From an uncultured delta proteobacterium (GTDB taxonomy: Bacteria > Desulfobacterota > Syntrophorhabdia > Syntrophorhabdales > WCHB1-27), in assembly GCA_963810935.1 (NCBI GenBank), contig CAWEPK010000009.1, positions 224,001-288,000 on the forward strand: 64,000 nt of DNA, given 5' to 3'. The notes beneath the pieces were generated by a model. The model was not told the DNA's origin, made no database searches, and saw only the letters and a list, made by a program, of their open reading frames with translations. Below are positions 52,390-62,454 of the stretch, piece by piece (positions within the stretch are counted from its first letter, which is position 1; every line of letters begins with the position of its first letter). A program made the translations under genes and the position numbers.

Positions 52390-53743
52390 ATGGAAAAAAT
52401 GGGGATATTGGTAGTGGAGGATGAGCAGACCCAAAGGGTCTTGCTCGAGGGGCTTCTCAAGAAGGAAGGATACGCCGCTACAGGCGCAGAAGATGGAGAG
52501 CGGGCGCTTCAGCTTGCCAGGGACCGCACTTTCGAGATAGTGCTCCTCGATTACAAGCTGCCGGGCATGGACGGATTGACCGTGCTCAAAAAGCTTAAGG
52601 AGATGAACCCGGAGATCCAGGTCATCATGATCACCGCTTTCGGCAGCATCGAGAACGCGGTCACCGCTCTCAAGGAGGGCGCGTTCGAGTACCTGACCAA
52701 GCCCATCGACCTCGACGACCTCCTTTTCAAGATCAAGAAGGTCGAGGAGCGCCTGCACCTGATCCACGAGAACCTCGTGCTCAAAGAGGCCCTCAAGGAC
52801 AAAATGAAGTCGGAGAACATCGTCTACGCCAGCGAGAAGATGCACGAGATCGTCAGCCTCATCGTGAGGGTGGCCAAGACGGACTCGACCTGCATGGTCC
52901 AGGGCGAAAGCGGCGTAGGTAAGGAGATAGTTGCCAATCTCGTCCACGAGCTCGAGCGAGAGGAAGGGGCAGCCGCTGGTCAAAGTGAACTGCTCCGCTA
53001 TCCCGGAAACGCTCCTGGAAAGCGAGCTGTTCGGCTATGAAAGGGGCGCCTTCACAGGGGCCTATCAGAGAAAGATCGGCAAGTTCGAAGTCGCCAACAA
53101 GGGGACCGTCTTTCTGGACGAGATCGGCGACGTGCCGCTTCCCTTGCAGCCGAAGCTGCTCCGCGTGCTCCAGGAGCGGGAGATAGAAAGGCTGGGGGGA
53201 CTCCACCCGATCAAGGTCGATGTCCGGATCATAACGGCCACCAACAAGAACCTCGAAGAAGAGGTGAAACAGGGGCGCTTCAGGGAAGACCTGTTCTACC
53301 GGCTGAACATCGTCCAGATAGAAATCCCGCCTTTGAGGGAGAGGAAGGAAGACATCCCGCTTCTTCTCGATTTCTTCCTGAAGAAATTCAACGAAAGGCA
53401 CAAGAAGCAGTTGAAGGGATTTTCCAGGGAGGCGCGGGACACGCTTATCAAGCACGATTACCCCGGCAACGTGCGGGAGCTCGAGAATGTCGTCGAGCGG
53501 TCCGTAGTCCTTTCAAGGGGAGAATACGTCACCCGTGAGGACCTTTCCATGCTCGGTTCGGCGGACGCCGTCCCGACGGACGGCAGCATGAAGCAGGTCG
53601 TCGAGTCGATGGAGAAGAGGATGATAATGGAGGCCCTCGTCACGGCCAACTGGGTGCAAACGAGGGCAGCCGAGGCCATCGGGATCAGCGAGAGGATGTT
53701 GCGGTACAAAATGAAAAAGCTGGGGATAGCGAGAGAGGAATAA
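52390..53743 (+). CDS. sigma54-dependent response regulator (ZraR/NtrC-like); one extra base near 52954
   Basis: REC domain and GESGVGKE, then a frame change into [40 protein letters not shown] and a Fis-type HTH. Confidence 0.92.
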
Positions 53744-53751
53744 AGCTGCCG

Positions 53752-53852
53752 CGGGGCGACGCTAGCCCCGAGGCTCTTAATGCATCTTGCTTTTTATGAA
53801 GGGGTGGCTCCGCCGGCTGATGCCGGTGGAGGGGGCGACGCGAGCCCCAATA
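53752..53852 (-). repeat. One full copy plus a lone first hairpin of the dispersed two-hairpin repeat
   Basis: Minus strand TATTGGGGCTCGCGTCGCCCCCTCCACCGGC..GCCGGCGGAGCCACCCCTTCATAAAAAGCAAGATGCATT, then GGGGCTAGCGTCGCCCC. Confidence 0.85.
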
Positions 53853-53893
53853 ATTGACAGCGGACTTGGCTCGTCTTATATTTTGTGCACTAT

Positions 53894-54466
53894 ATGTCCG
53901 CGAACGAGTTCATCGAGCATTACGGCTATCTCGCTCTGTTCGTTGGCGTTTTTTTCGAGGGAGAGACAGTCCTCATCGCTGCGTCGTTTGCCGCGCACCA
54001 GGGCTACCTGGACGTCTCCTGGGTCATCCTGATCGCCTTTTTCGGCGCCGTCGCAGGTGATGAATTCTATTTCTTCCTGGGCCGGTTCAAGGGCAGGACT
54101 TTCCTTAGAAAACATCCTTCATGGACGGAAAGGATCATGAAGGTCCAGCACCTGCTTGAGCACTACCACCGGCTTATCATCCTCGGTTTCCGCTTCCTTT
54201 ACGGTCTTCGGAGCGTCACCCCGTTCGCCCTCGGCGTGATGAGCGATGTCAAAATCTCCCAGTTCATCGTCCTGAATCTCATAGGAGCATTTGTCTGGTC
54301 GGTTGTGATGGGACTGTTCGGTTTTCTCTTCGGCGTCCTCCTCGACGCACTGATCTTCAACGTGAGAAAAGTAGAACACCACGTCATGCTGGCTATCATC
54401 ATCCTGTGGGGCCTGGGGTGGGTGTGGTATTTCTTCCTGAAGAGACGGAGACTAAGGAAGGCATAA
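53894..54466 (+). CDS. DedA family membrane protein
   Basis: YGY.ALF, FEGET, GDEFYFFLGR and RFLYGLR. Confidence 0.92.
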   Translation: MSANEFIEHYGYLALFVGVFFEGETVLIAASFAAHQGYLDVSWVILIAFFGAVAGDEFYFFLGRFKGRTFLRKHPSWTERIMKVQHLLEHYHRLIILGFRFLYGLRSVTPFALGVMSDVKISQFIVLNLIGAFVWSVVMGLFGFLFGVLLDALIFNVRKVEHHVMLAIIILWGLGWVWYFFLKRRRLRKA

Positions 54467-54480
54467 TAGCACCGCCTGCG

Positions 54481-54819
54481 CTAGTCGTGTTTTTTGATAG
54501 AAAAGATGGGCTCCTGCACCGATTCGCTCCTGCAGATCGGACACCTGCCGGGCTTCTTCAGACGGACCCTCTTACGGAAGACAAACCCGCACCTTTCGCA
54601 CTGCGCGGGGACCACGATCAGCTTCGATGTGCTCTTGTCTATCGTTTTACGGATGTGCTCCAGGTGTTCGTACACATCCCTTTCCGGGATCCGCAGCTCA
54701 ACCGATATCTGCCTGGCGCCCAGCGGCGCCTCCGCCAGGAGGGCGGCGATCCTTTTCCGGATCGTCTGATACCTCTCCTCCGGCACGACGGCTTCTTTGG
54801 GTAGTTTGCGAACGGCCAT
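54481..54819 (-). CDS. HTH + zinc-ribbon putative transcriptional regulator
   Basis: TIRKRI..LL, VYEHLEHI, CERCGFVF and PGRCPICRS. Confidence 0.85.
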   Translation of the reverse strand: MAVRKLPKEAVVPEERYQTIRKRIAALLAEAPLGARQISVELRIPERDVYEHLEHIRKTIDKSTSKLIVVPAQCERCGFVFRKRVRLKKPGRCPICRSESVQEPIFSIKKHD

Positions 54820-54966
54820 CCGGGCTCCAGTGTACCATAATTATAGGCGTGCCTGCGCAGGTGCGCCATCGGAAAAACACCGGCTGCTTCTCCTTGCCGC
54901 AGGCATCAGGCGACCTTATATTTAACATTACGAAGAGACTAAAGCGACCGAGATAAGGGGGGTCCC

Positions 54967-55533
54967 ATGGCAGAGATAAAATGGATCGGGGACGTGGAAT
55001 CCGCACTTTCCCTGGCTAAGTCCGAAAAGAGGCCGCTGTTGCTCGATTTCTTCAACCCGAATTGAATAGGCTGCAAACAAATGGGTGCAGTTACGTACCC
55101 TGACGGACGCGTTGCGGAATTCATAAACAACCGGACGATACCCGTTCAGCTCCTCTACGACGCACAGCCTTATGCCTCTATGTACAACGTTAAGTGGACG
55201 CCTACGATCCTCATGCTGGACGAAACCGGAAAGGAGCACCACAGGATAGTCGGCTTCCTGCCCCCCGAGGAGTTCATACCGAACCTGCTCCTCGGCACGG
55301 CGAAGGTGAGCTTCGACAGGGATGAGCTGGAGCAGGCGGACGCAGACCTCGAGAAGGTCATCCACAGCTATCCGCAGAGTGCAGCGGCGCCTGAGGCGAT
55401 CTATCTGCACGGCGTAATCCGGTTCAAGGAAACGCATGAGCCGGAGCCGCTGAAGGAGGCCTTCGAGAAACTCAAACGCGAGCACCCGGAAAGCGAGTGG
55501 GCAAAAAGAGCGACGCCTTACGGGCTTCTGTAG
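54967..55533 (+). CDS. Thioredoxin-like + TPR selenoprotein (U33-I-G-C36)
   Basis: ATG 54967 (GGGGGG RBS) is in frame with ORF 55081. Reads KRPLLLDFFNPN-TGA-IGC-KQM, with TGA at the first Cys of the CxxC motif, and has a WTPT cis-Pro loop. Confidence 0.88.
55083..55100 (+). promoter_or_regulatory. Candidate bacterial SECIS hairpin
   Basis: GGGTGC-AGTTAC-GTACCC; the loop begins 23 nt after the UGA and has G as its second base. Confidence 0.55.
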
Positions 55534-55721
55534 ATAAAGACCGATGGGTGAATAAGCGATTACCGGCCGCACCCTGCTGCCTCTATCGAGGCCGCAAGAA
55601 TACTCTCGCAGGACGCGGCTGGTAAGTTTTTTTTACCGGCCTTCGCAATATCCTTGCAAATCGATTCGAATTGGGTAAATATTACTGCCATGAGATTGTT
55701 GCCTAAACGGATGGATGCAGA

Positions 55722-56357
55722 ATGAGAAGGGCGCCTTTCAACGCCTGTGACTATCTTTGCGACCGGTGCGCAGAGACGGCCTATTGCGACATCTTTGCCC
55801 TTTTGCGCAGCAAGGCCCTTTCCGGACAGATGGAGGGCAAACCCGGCGGACTGCCCGGCGCCTCTATCGAGGACGTGAAGGAGTCGCTCGATGAGACGAT
55901 GGAAGTCCTGAAGGCGATAGCCGTGGCGCTCGCGATAGACCCGGACGACAGTGCCGGCTTCGGCGGCCTGGAAAAAAGCTCGGTTGACGATGACGGGTTA
56001 TACCGCCTTGCCCACGCCTTCACCACGAAGACGCATGCCTTTCTGAAAAACGTGGAGCCTTTCGTAAGCTCCGGGCAAAAGACGGCCTTCGACGATCTTG
56101 TCTGGTACCACAGGATGGTCTCGGTCAAGACGCGCAGGGCGGTCGCGTCCGATTTCAGCGGCATGTCCGAAGATGCCGTAGATTCGGCCGGCGTCGCCAT
56201 GCGATCGCTCAACAGATGCATAGAGGCGTTCGAGGATATCCGCCAGTCCTGCTTTCTGGCGTCCCACGATTCGCGTCAGCTTTCAAACACGGCAGTCGAG
56301 ATAAGAAAGCAGCTCAGGAAGCGTTTCCAAAAAGACTCGCTGCAGGAACCCGCTTAA
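55722..56357 (+). CDS. Hypothetical protein with N-terminal Cys cluster
   Basis: FNACDYLCDRC.....C motif; helical remainder. Confidence 0.65.
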   Translation: MRRAPFNACDYLCDRCAETAYCDIFALLRSKALSGQMEGKPGGLPGASIEDVKESLDETMEVLKAIAVALAIDPDDSAGFGGLEKSSVDDDGLYRLAHAFTTKTHAFLKNVEPFVSSGQKTAFDDLVWYHRMVSVKTRRAVASDFSGMSEDAVDSAGVAMRSLNRCIEAFEDIRQSCFLASHDSRQLSNTAVEIRKQLRKRFQKDSLQEPA

Positions 56358-56429
56358 GCCGCAAAAACGGCCTGACGCATCCAAAGACGAGAAACCCGAT
56401 CTGATAGGACATGAAACGCCCCGGAGCTT

Positions 56430-56846
56430 TCAGCGCTCGATCATATCGATAAAGCGCCGCTCAGTCCTTACGACCTCGAAGACCGCATCGATTTGCGCTA
56501 TGAGCTCATCTTTGGTAACAGGCTTGGTTATAAACGGAAAACCGTGTATGTAACCGTTCCTTTTCTTCACTTCATCGTCCGTAAGAAGGCCGGTAATGAA
56601 CGCAATCGGGATATCCCGCGTGCCTTCGCCGCGGATGAGGCGGTCGGCCACCTGCGCCCCGTTCATTTTCGGCATCCTTATGTCGAGAAGAATCAACTCC
56701 GGCTTTTCCGTCTCCGCCCGGCTCAAGCCCGAAGCCCCATCCGTCGCGACAGAGACATCGAACCTACCCGTCCTTTCGAGACAGTGCTTGACGAACTCAC
56801 AAAAACCTTCTTCGTCGTCGATTACGAGTATCTTCTTCTCCCTCAT
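56430..56846 (-). CDS. Single-domain response regulator
   Basis: ILVIDDE, LLDIRMP, FITG and TKP; AGGAGG RBS. Confidence 0.9.
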   Translation of the reverse strand: MREKKILVIDDEEGFCEFVKHCLERTGRFDVSVATDGASGLSRAETEKPELILLDIRMPKMNGAQVADRLIRGEGTRDIPIAFITGLLTDDEVKKRNGYIHGFPFITKPVTKDELIAQIDAVFEVVRTERRFIDMIER

Positions 56847-57016
56847 CTTTCCTCCTGAACTGCAGGCAGTCGATATCTAGTTTAGTAACGAAACGGGCTC
56901 GCGTCAAGCCCCCGGACACCCTCCGGGATACCGGGTAGACCCCGTTCCCGAGGCAGCGATTGTCCTTTTTCTTATCCCGAGTTTTCTAAAACGAATAGGC
57001 GACCGAAGGGCGCCGG

Positions 57017-57445
57017 TCAAATATCGAGTATGACAAACGCCTTCCACCCCCGGCCGGTTTTTTCAAGGCTGAGGCGGTGGAGCGTGACTGCTTTCACGTC
57101 TGCGCGCTGCGCGTGGCGGCCAGGGTCGAGCTTTTCCCCTGCAGCGCTCGCGCGAAGGCGGTACGTATTCCCCGTTTCCGTTACGGTTGCCTTCCCGATT
57201 TTCAATAGAAGCTGCTCCGCGTCCTTATAGTATATCAGTTCTTGAAGGAGGTCGAGAAGTAGCATGTCGGCGGTGCGCTCTTCCAGGTCTATCTCCCTTT
57301 GCTCCCTCGGTGCAATGGAGGCCAGGTCTTCGACCATCACGTTCATCGTCGCGTCGCACGCTGCCACGAGCGTCTCCTCCAGGGTCGTGTCTTCCGCCTC
57401 GAATGCGATATCGGCCGTCGCAACGTCTTCCAGGTAACGGTACAG
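57017..57445 (-). CDS. Archease (RtcB cofactor), apparent CTG start
   Basis: Conserved N-terminus YRYLEDVATADIAFEA lies upstream of the ORF-track start; DVKAVTLH and C-terminal LDI; AAGGAG 5 nt before CTG. Confidence 0.88.
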   Translation of the reverse strand: MYRYLEDVATADIAFEAEDTTLEETLVAACDATMNVMVEDLASIAPREQREIDLEERTADMLLLDLLQELIYYKDAEQLLLKIGKATVTETGNTYRLRASAAGEKLDPGRHAQRADVKAVTLHRLSLEKTGRGWKAFVILDI

Positions 57446-57474
57446 GGGCTCTCCTTCTTTCGGTGCGCCTTCGC

Positions 57475-58932
57475 CTACCCTTTCACATTGCCCACGGGGA
57501 TAAACCGCGCGACTCTTCGGGCGATCCCCGCAAGCTCGGCTGCCTCGGCCACTTCATCGATATTCTTGTAGGCCGCCCCCGCCTCCTCCGCGAGGCCCGA
57601 CCAGGAAGCGGTGCGGACATAGATGCCCCGCTTTTCCATCTCCCGCTGGAGGTCTTTTCCCCGCCACTGCTTCCGCGCGGCCGTGCGGCTCATAGTGCGT
57701 CCGCTGCCGTGAGGCGCGCTGAAGAACGTCTCCCTGCCCCCTTCCGTGCCGACGAGGAGGTAAGAGCCGGTTTCCATGCTCCCTCCTATTATGACCGGCT
57801 GGCCGATCTTCTTGTACCGGTCCGGTATCTCCGCCATGCCCGGCCCGAAGGCCCTGGTGGCCCCCTTCCTGTGTACGAGGAGCTGCCTATCCTTGCCGTT
57901 TACCATGTAGCGCTCCAGCTTCGCCGTATTGTGCGCTATGTCGTAAATCATCCGGACGCCCAGCTTTTCCGCCGGTTTGCCGAACATACGGGAAAAAACC
58001 TCCCTTATGCGATGGAGGATCATCTGGCGGTTCGCGAACGACATATTGAGGGCGCATTTCATAGCAGAGAAATAGTTGCGCCCTTCCGGCGAATCGAAGG
58101 GGGCGCAGGCAAGCTCCCGGTCGGGGACGCGTATGGCGTACTTGCTCTCCATGACGTTCAGGAAGCTGCGGAGGTAATCGGTCGCCACCTGATGGCCGAA
58201 CCCCCTGCTGCCACAATGGAACATGATAACAACCCGGCCGGGCGCGAGGCCGAACGCTTCCGCGAGTTCCGGCGCGAATATGTGCTTCTCGTGTACGACC
58301 TGCACCTCAAGATAATGGTTGCCGGAGCCTAGGGTCCCTATCTGGTTGAAGCCCCGGTCGATGGCCCTCTCGCTGACTGTAGAGGCATCCGCTCCGGGGG
58401 TGCAGCCCCGGTCTTCCGTCAGCTCCAGGTCTTCGTTCCAGCCGTAGCCGTTGCGGACGCACCATCCGGCCCCCTGCTCGACAACGTCACGGAATTCCTG
58501 TCTCGTCAGCTTCAGGAAGCCCGAGCTTCCGACGCCCGCGGGCACTGCGGCGAAGAGCGCGTCTACAAGCTCTTTGAGCCGTGGCTTGACCTCTTCATAG
58601 TCCAGGTCGGTCTTGATCAGCCTCATGCCGCAATTGATATCGAAGCCGATACCGCCCGGCGAGATGACGCCGCCTTGCCCGATGTCCATCGCAGCTACGC
58701 CCCCGATGGGGAACCCGTATCCGAAATGGCCGTCCGGCATGCATAGGGCATAATCCGTCACGCCCGGCAGCATGGCGACGTTGGTCACCTGGTCGTAAAC
58801 CGCGTCGTCCATCTCTTTGATCAGCTTCTCGGTGCCGTAGACGCGGGCAGGCACACGCATCCCCGGCTTGTACGACACCGGCAGCTCCCATACAGTCTCC
58901 GACAGGCGCTGCAAGCGTTGCGGCATCGGCAA
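57475..58932 (-). CDS. rtcB: RNA-splicing/repair ligase RtcB (archease-dependent type)
   Basis: MPDGHFGYGFPIGGV, GFDINCG, GTLGSGNHYLE, HCGSRG, HRKGAT, HGSGR and EEA..AYK. Confidence 0.95.
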   Translation of the reverse strand: MPMPQRLQRLSETVWELPVSYKPGMRVPARVYGTEKLIKEMDDAVYDQVTNVAMLPGVTDYALCMPDGHFGYGFPIGGVAAMDIGQGGVISPGGIGFDINCGMRLIKTDLDYEEVKPRLKELVDALFAAVPAGVGSSGFLKLTRQEFRDVVEQGAGWCVRNGYGWNEDLELTEDRGCTPGADASTVSERAIDRGFNQIGTLGSGNHYLEVQVVHEKHIFAPELAEAFGLAPGRVVIMFHCGSRGFGHQVATDYLRSFLNVMESKYAIRVPDRELACAPFDSPEGRNYFSAMKCALNMSFANRQMILHRIREVFSRMFGKPAEKLGVRMIYDIAHNTAKLERYMVNGKDRQLLVHRKGATRAFGPGMAEIPDRYKKIGQPVIIGGSMETGSYLLVGTEGGRETFFSAPHGSGRTMSRTAARKQWRGKDLQREMEKRGIYVRTASWSGLAEEAGAAYKNIDEVAEAAELAGIARRVARFIPVGNVKG

Positions 58933-59001
58933 GGGTATAACCTCCTGATGTTAATATTCTCTCATAGAATGGGCATCACGCGGAAGGAATATTGCGGCAA
59001 T

Positions 59002-59183
59002 TATTGGGGCTCGCGTCGCCCCCTCCACGAGCGAAGCTCGTGGAGCCACCCCCTCATAAAAAGGAAGAGGCATTTACCCACTATTGGGGCTCGCGTCGCC
59101 CCCTCCACGAGCGAAGCTCGTGGAGCCACCCCCTCATAAAAAGGAAAAACTTTAAAAATCACCGGGGATAGCGTCGTCCCCGG
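59002..59183 (+). repeat. Two identical 65-bp tandem copies (80-bp period) of the two-hairpin repeat plus a lone first hairpin
   Basis: 59002-59066 equals 59082-59146; CCGGGGATAGCGTCGTCCCCGG at 59162-59183. Confidence 0.9.
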
Positions 59184-59189
59184 CTGCCT

Positions 59190-59897
59190 TTAATCGGGCC
59201 AGACGTTCCTTTTCTCCCTGCTGCCCATAAACGACGGCCGCTCGAAGTCCAGGTCGTTTATTTTGGCAGAGTCGATGCGCAGCACAACGCGCTTGCCGCT
59301 CGTGGCAATGACGCTAAAGGGTACGTAAATGTCCCGCCTCATCGTCCGGTCAATCAGGAAGTCTTTTTCCCTTATCTCCCTGACCTGGCCGATATGTTCG
59401 CCGTTGGAGTCGACAACCTCCATGCCCTCGATGATGCGCTGCCCTTCCGTCCACGCAGGCGCCCTTTCTCCCGGCATGATGCCGGCGGGCTCGAACGCGG
59501 CGGGGTCGACGCGCAGCATATTCTGGATGTCTACGACCCCGAGCACCGATTCGGCCGTGTCCTCGGCTGCGTGCTTGGCCGCCCTGCTTGCGACGGAGCC
59601 TTTAAGCGTCACTACACCTCCGGCAACGTCCACATCGACGTCCCGCGCGTCTATCGACCCGTGGCGCATGAGCCGCTCGCACACCTCTTCCTTGACGCGC
59701 TCGTCGGAGCGCGTGTAGCCCTTGGGCCCCTTTCCTGTATACGGGCCCGGTTCCTGCCACTGCTCAGCAGGCCGGCCGGAATCCTGGCGGACGGAAGGGT
59801 CGACGTAATACGCCCGGCCCATCATGCTTCGGGCGTCAGCCCCCCGGTCGTGCTCGCCATCACCCTTTTGCCTCTCTCCATAGGTTCGCTCGCTCAT
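59190..59897 (-). CDS. BON domain protein with C-terminal DUF2171/PRC-like domain
   Basis: GKGPKGYTRSDERVKEEV, VTLKGSV, GVVDIQNML and GMEVVDSNGEHIGQV. Confidence 0.85.
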   Translation of the reverse strand: MSERTYGERQKGDGEHDRGADARSMMGRAYYVDPSVRQDSGRPAEQWQEPGPYTGKGPKGYTRSDERVKEEVCERLMRHGSIDARDVDVDVAGGVVTLKGSVASRAAKHAAEDTAESVLGVVDIQNMLRVDPAAFEPAGIMPGERAPAWTEGQRIIEGMEVVDSNGEHIGQVREIREKDFLIDRTMRRDIYVPFSVIATSGKRVVLRIDSAKINDLDFERPSFMGSREKRNVWPD

Positions 59898-60087
59898 GGT
59901 TTCCCCCCTGTCTTGTCAGTAAGCGCCGTCCAATCGTCCGGCTAGAGGAACATAACGCAGTTTGGCCCGGTGTCAAGTCCGCCGCGCGCGGACACGGGTT
60001 GATGCCTTTGTTGTCTTGCTGCCCTTTATATGGAATATTATTGGAAGTGAAAGCCCCTGGAGAGAGGGACTCAACAGGCAGAGGCGG

Positions 60088-62454
60088 ATGGCGGAAGTCA
60101 AGAACACAGAGATAGCCGGCACCATAAGGAGCGTAGTCTACAGGAACGCAGAGACTGGCTACATGGTGCTCAAACTCGACAAGAACACCACCCTGTGCGG
60201 CATTTACCACGACGCCTCGGCCTCGCTGGAAGGCGCGCGGATAAAGGCGTGCGGCGAGTGGAAGAAGCACAAGACCTACGGCCTCCAGTTCGTCTTCAAT
60301 GAGCTTACCGTCCTCGAGAATGAGATCTTTTACTTCCTGACAAGGATGGTCAAGGGCTTAGGCAAGAACCTCGCCGCCACACTCATCGAAACGATGGGCG
60401 AGGAGGCGCTGGAGCAGGTGCTCGAAAACGAGCCGGAGAAGCTGCTCCAGGTAAAGGGGATCAAAGAAAAGAAGCTGAAGAAGATAGAATCCCACTGGCA
60501 CAAATACAAGGAGCTGAAGTCCCTTTCCAAGTTCCTCATGCCCCTGGGCGCGACACCTTCGCTCGTCCAGCGCGTATATCGGGAGCTGAAAGACGAGACC
60601 GACCTGATCCCGCGGATCGAAGAAAACCCGTTTGTGCTGACGAAGGCGAAGGGCATAGGGTTCAAGACGGCCGACAGGATGGCCAGGGCGATGGGCATCG
60701 CGCCCGTGCACCCTTTCCGCTTAAGGGCCTGCATCGAGTATGTGCTCTTCGAATACACCGACTCGGTCGGCAATAGCTGCATCAGTCTGCCGCTGCTCAA
60801 GTCTCTCGTATCGGGCGAGCTTGCCCTTGACGACCAGGGGGAAAAGCTCGATGACGAGCTTTTCAACGGCGTGCTGGCCGCGATGGCCGGCGATGCCAAA
60901 ATAGCGATGCTGCCCGAGGACAAGGTCACGTCGTCTTTCCTTTATGATGCCGAGAAGCGCATATACGATTTTGCGGCGGCAAAGTCCCGCCAGGCGCTCA
61001 AGCCCTTCGTCGAGGACGTGGAAAGCTTCATAGCGGGGAAAGAGTCCGCCATGTCGATCGCCTTCAGCGACGAGCAGAAGGACGCCATAAGGGCGGCCAA
61101 CAAAGGCATCACGCTTTTTGCCCTCTGCGGATACGCGGGCACGGGGAAGAGCACCGTGTCGAAGGCGCTCCTCGACCTTTTATCGGTGAGGTACAACCCG
61201 GACAAGATAATCTGCTGCGCCCTGTCCGGCATCGCGTCCGACCGCATCAGGAAGCTCACCGGGTATAAGGCACAGACGATTTACAGCCTCGTCCTCGCCC
61301 ACGAGAAGCTACCGTACGACGCCGTCCTCGTGGACGAGTCGTCGATGGTCAACACGGAGCTTCTCTTCAAGCTGATAACGCGGCTGAAGGAGGGCGCAAT
61401 CCTTATCATGGTCGGCGACCCGGCCCAGCTCCCGCCTATCGGAGCGGGCAACCCGTTCTCCGACATAATAGACCTGGGCCTCGCTCCGACGGTGAAGCTC
61501 AGCCGCATTTACCGGCAGCGGGAAGACAAGGTGATCGCCCTTTTCGCCAACGAGATCCGGCAGGCGCAGGTACCCGAAGGCTACGCCCAAAGCGGTTACA
61601 GCGACTTCAGGTTCATCGACGTTTCCATTCCCAATTATTTCGCCCTGAAGCGGAAGGTAGAGAGCAACGAGCTGAAAGAGGCCGACCTGCGCAAAATGAG
61701 AGAGGAGAACTCGGACGGCATCTTACACGTCATCTGCAAGGCGGCCGGCGCCTACAAACAACCCCTGGCGGATTACCTGCACGCCAAAGACTACATGGCC
61801 TTCATATACTCCTTTCAGGTGATCTCGCCCATGAAGAACGGCGTGCTCGGGACGGAGAACCTTAACGACGCGCTCCAAAAAATACTCAACGACCATGCGG
61901 CCCGCGCAGAGACGCGCCTCGACCTGGGCAGGGTCGTGCTCGCCCGCGCCGACAAGGTCGTCCACACCCGCAACACGAATATCGACTGCATACGTTCCGA
62001 GGACTTCACCAAGCCGGACAGGGAAGAGCATTATTACACGGACAGGGTCTTCAACGGGATGCTCGGGTTCGTCAAAGAGATCGACAGGCGGGAAGAGCTG
62101 CTGTACGTCTATTACCCGGCGGACAACGTTATAGCGGTCTACAGCTTCGACGAGGCGCGCGACCTTTTGCGGCTTGCTTATGCGCTGACCATCCATAAAA
62201 CGCAGGGCAGCGAGTATAGGAACGTCGTGATACCGATGACGTTCAGCCACTTCATCATGCTCAACAACAAGCTCCTCTATACGGCCGTGACGAGGGCAAA
62301 AGAAAAAGTGACGCTGGTCGGGGAAGACTATGCGTTCAAGAGCGCGTGCCGGAAGAAGGACGCGGTCATAAGGGATACGGTGCTGAAGATGTTCGGCGTG
62401 AATGCGGCGAGCACAGGCGGCCCGACCATTCCACCGGCATCAACGCTGTTGTAG
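60088..62454 (+). CDS. recD2: RecD2-like ATP-dependent DNA helicase
   Basis: HKTYGLQF, GIGFKTAD, GYAGTGKST, VDESSM, GDPAQLP, IYRQ, AYALTIHKTQGSE and LYTAVTRAK. Confidence 0.92.
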   Translation: MAEVKNTEIAGTIRSVVYRNAETGYMVLKLDKNTTLCGIYHDASASLEGARIKACGEWKKHKTYGLQFVFNELTVLENEIFYFLTRMVKGLGKNLAATLIETMGEEALEQVLENEPEKLLQVKGIKEKKLKKIESHWHKYKELKSLSKFLMPLGATPSLVQRVYRELKDETDLIPRIEENPFVLTKAKGIGFKTADRMARAMGIAPVHPFRLRACIEYVLFEYTDSVGNSCISLPLLKSLVSGELALDDQGEKLDDELFNGVLAAMAGDAKIAMLPEDKVTSSFLYDAEKRIYDFAAAKSRQALKPFVEDVESFIAGKESAMSIAFSDEQKDAIRAANKGITLFALCGYAGTGKSTVSKALLDLLSVRYNPDKIICCALSGIASDRIRKLTGYKAQTIYSLVLAHEKLPYDAVLVDESSMVNTELLFKLITRLKEGAILIMVGDPAQLPPIGAGNPFSDIIDLGLAPTVKLSRIYRQREDKVIALFANEIRQAQVPEGYAQSGYSDFRFIDVSIPNYFALKRKVESNELKEADLRKMREENSDGILHVICKAAGAYKQPLADYLHAKDYMAFIYSFQVISPMKNGVLGTENLNDALQKILNDHAARAETRLDLGRVVLARADKVVHTRNTNIDCIRSEDFTKPDREEHYYTDRVFNGMLGFVKEIDRREELLYVYYPADNVIAVYSFDEARDLLRLAYALTIHKTQGSEYRNVVIPMTFSHFIMLNNKLLYTAVTRAKEKVTLVGEDYAFKSACRKKDAVIRDTVLKMFGVNAASTGGPTIPPASTLL

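Noticed and set aside
51033..52460. Long antisense and alternate-frame ORFs (e.g. 51033-52460, 45314-46513, 17259-18353, 37446-38486)
   Set aside because: They overlap well-supported genes, have no motifs or RBS, and are expected from GC-rich codon bias.
34530..52960. Programmed frameshifting at 34536, 40740 and 52954
   Set aside because: All need a +1 correction, none has a convincing slippery site with a stimulator, and a matching defect in essential rpoB points to sequence error.
56895..56913. Extra copy of the hairpin repeat (GGGCTCGCGTCAAGCCCCC)
   Set aside because: It lacks the TATT end, second hairpin and tail, and is better explained as the TTGACG -35 element of the minus-strand response regulator.
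59002..59146. CRISPR array
   Set aside because: Only two 65-bp units with a 15-bp gap, no cas genes, and the same unit is dispersed elsewhere, so it is REP-like.
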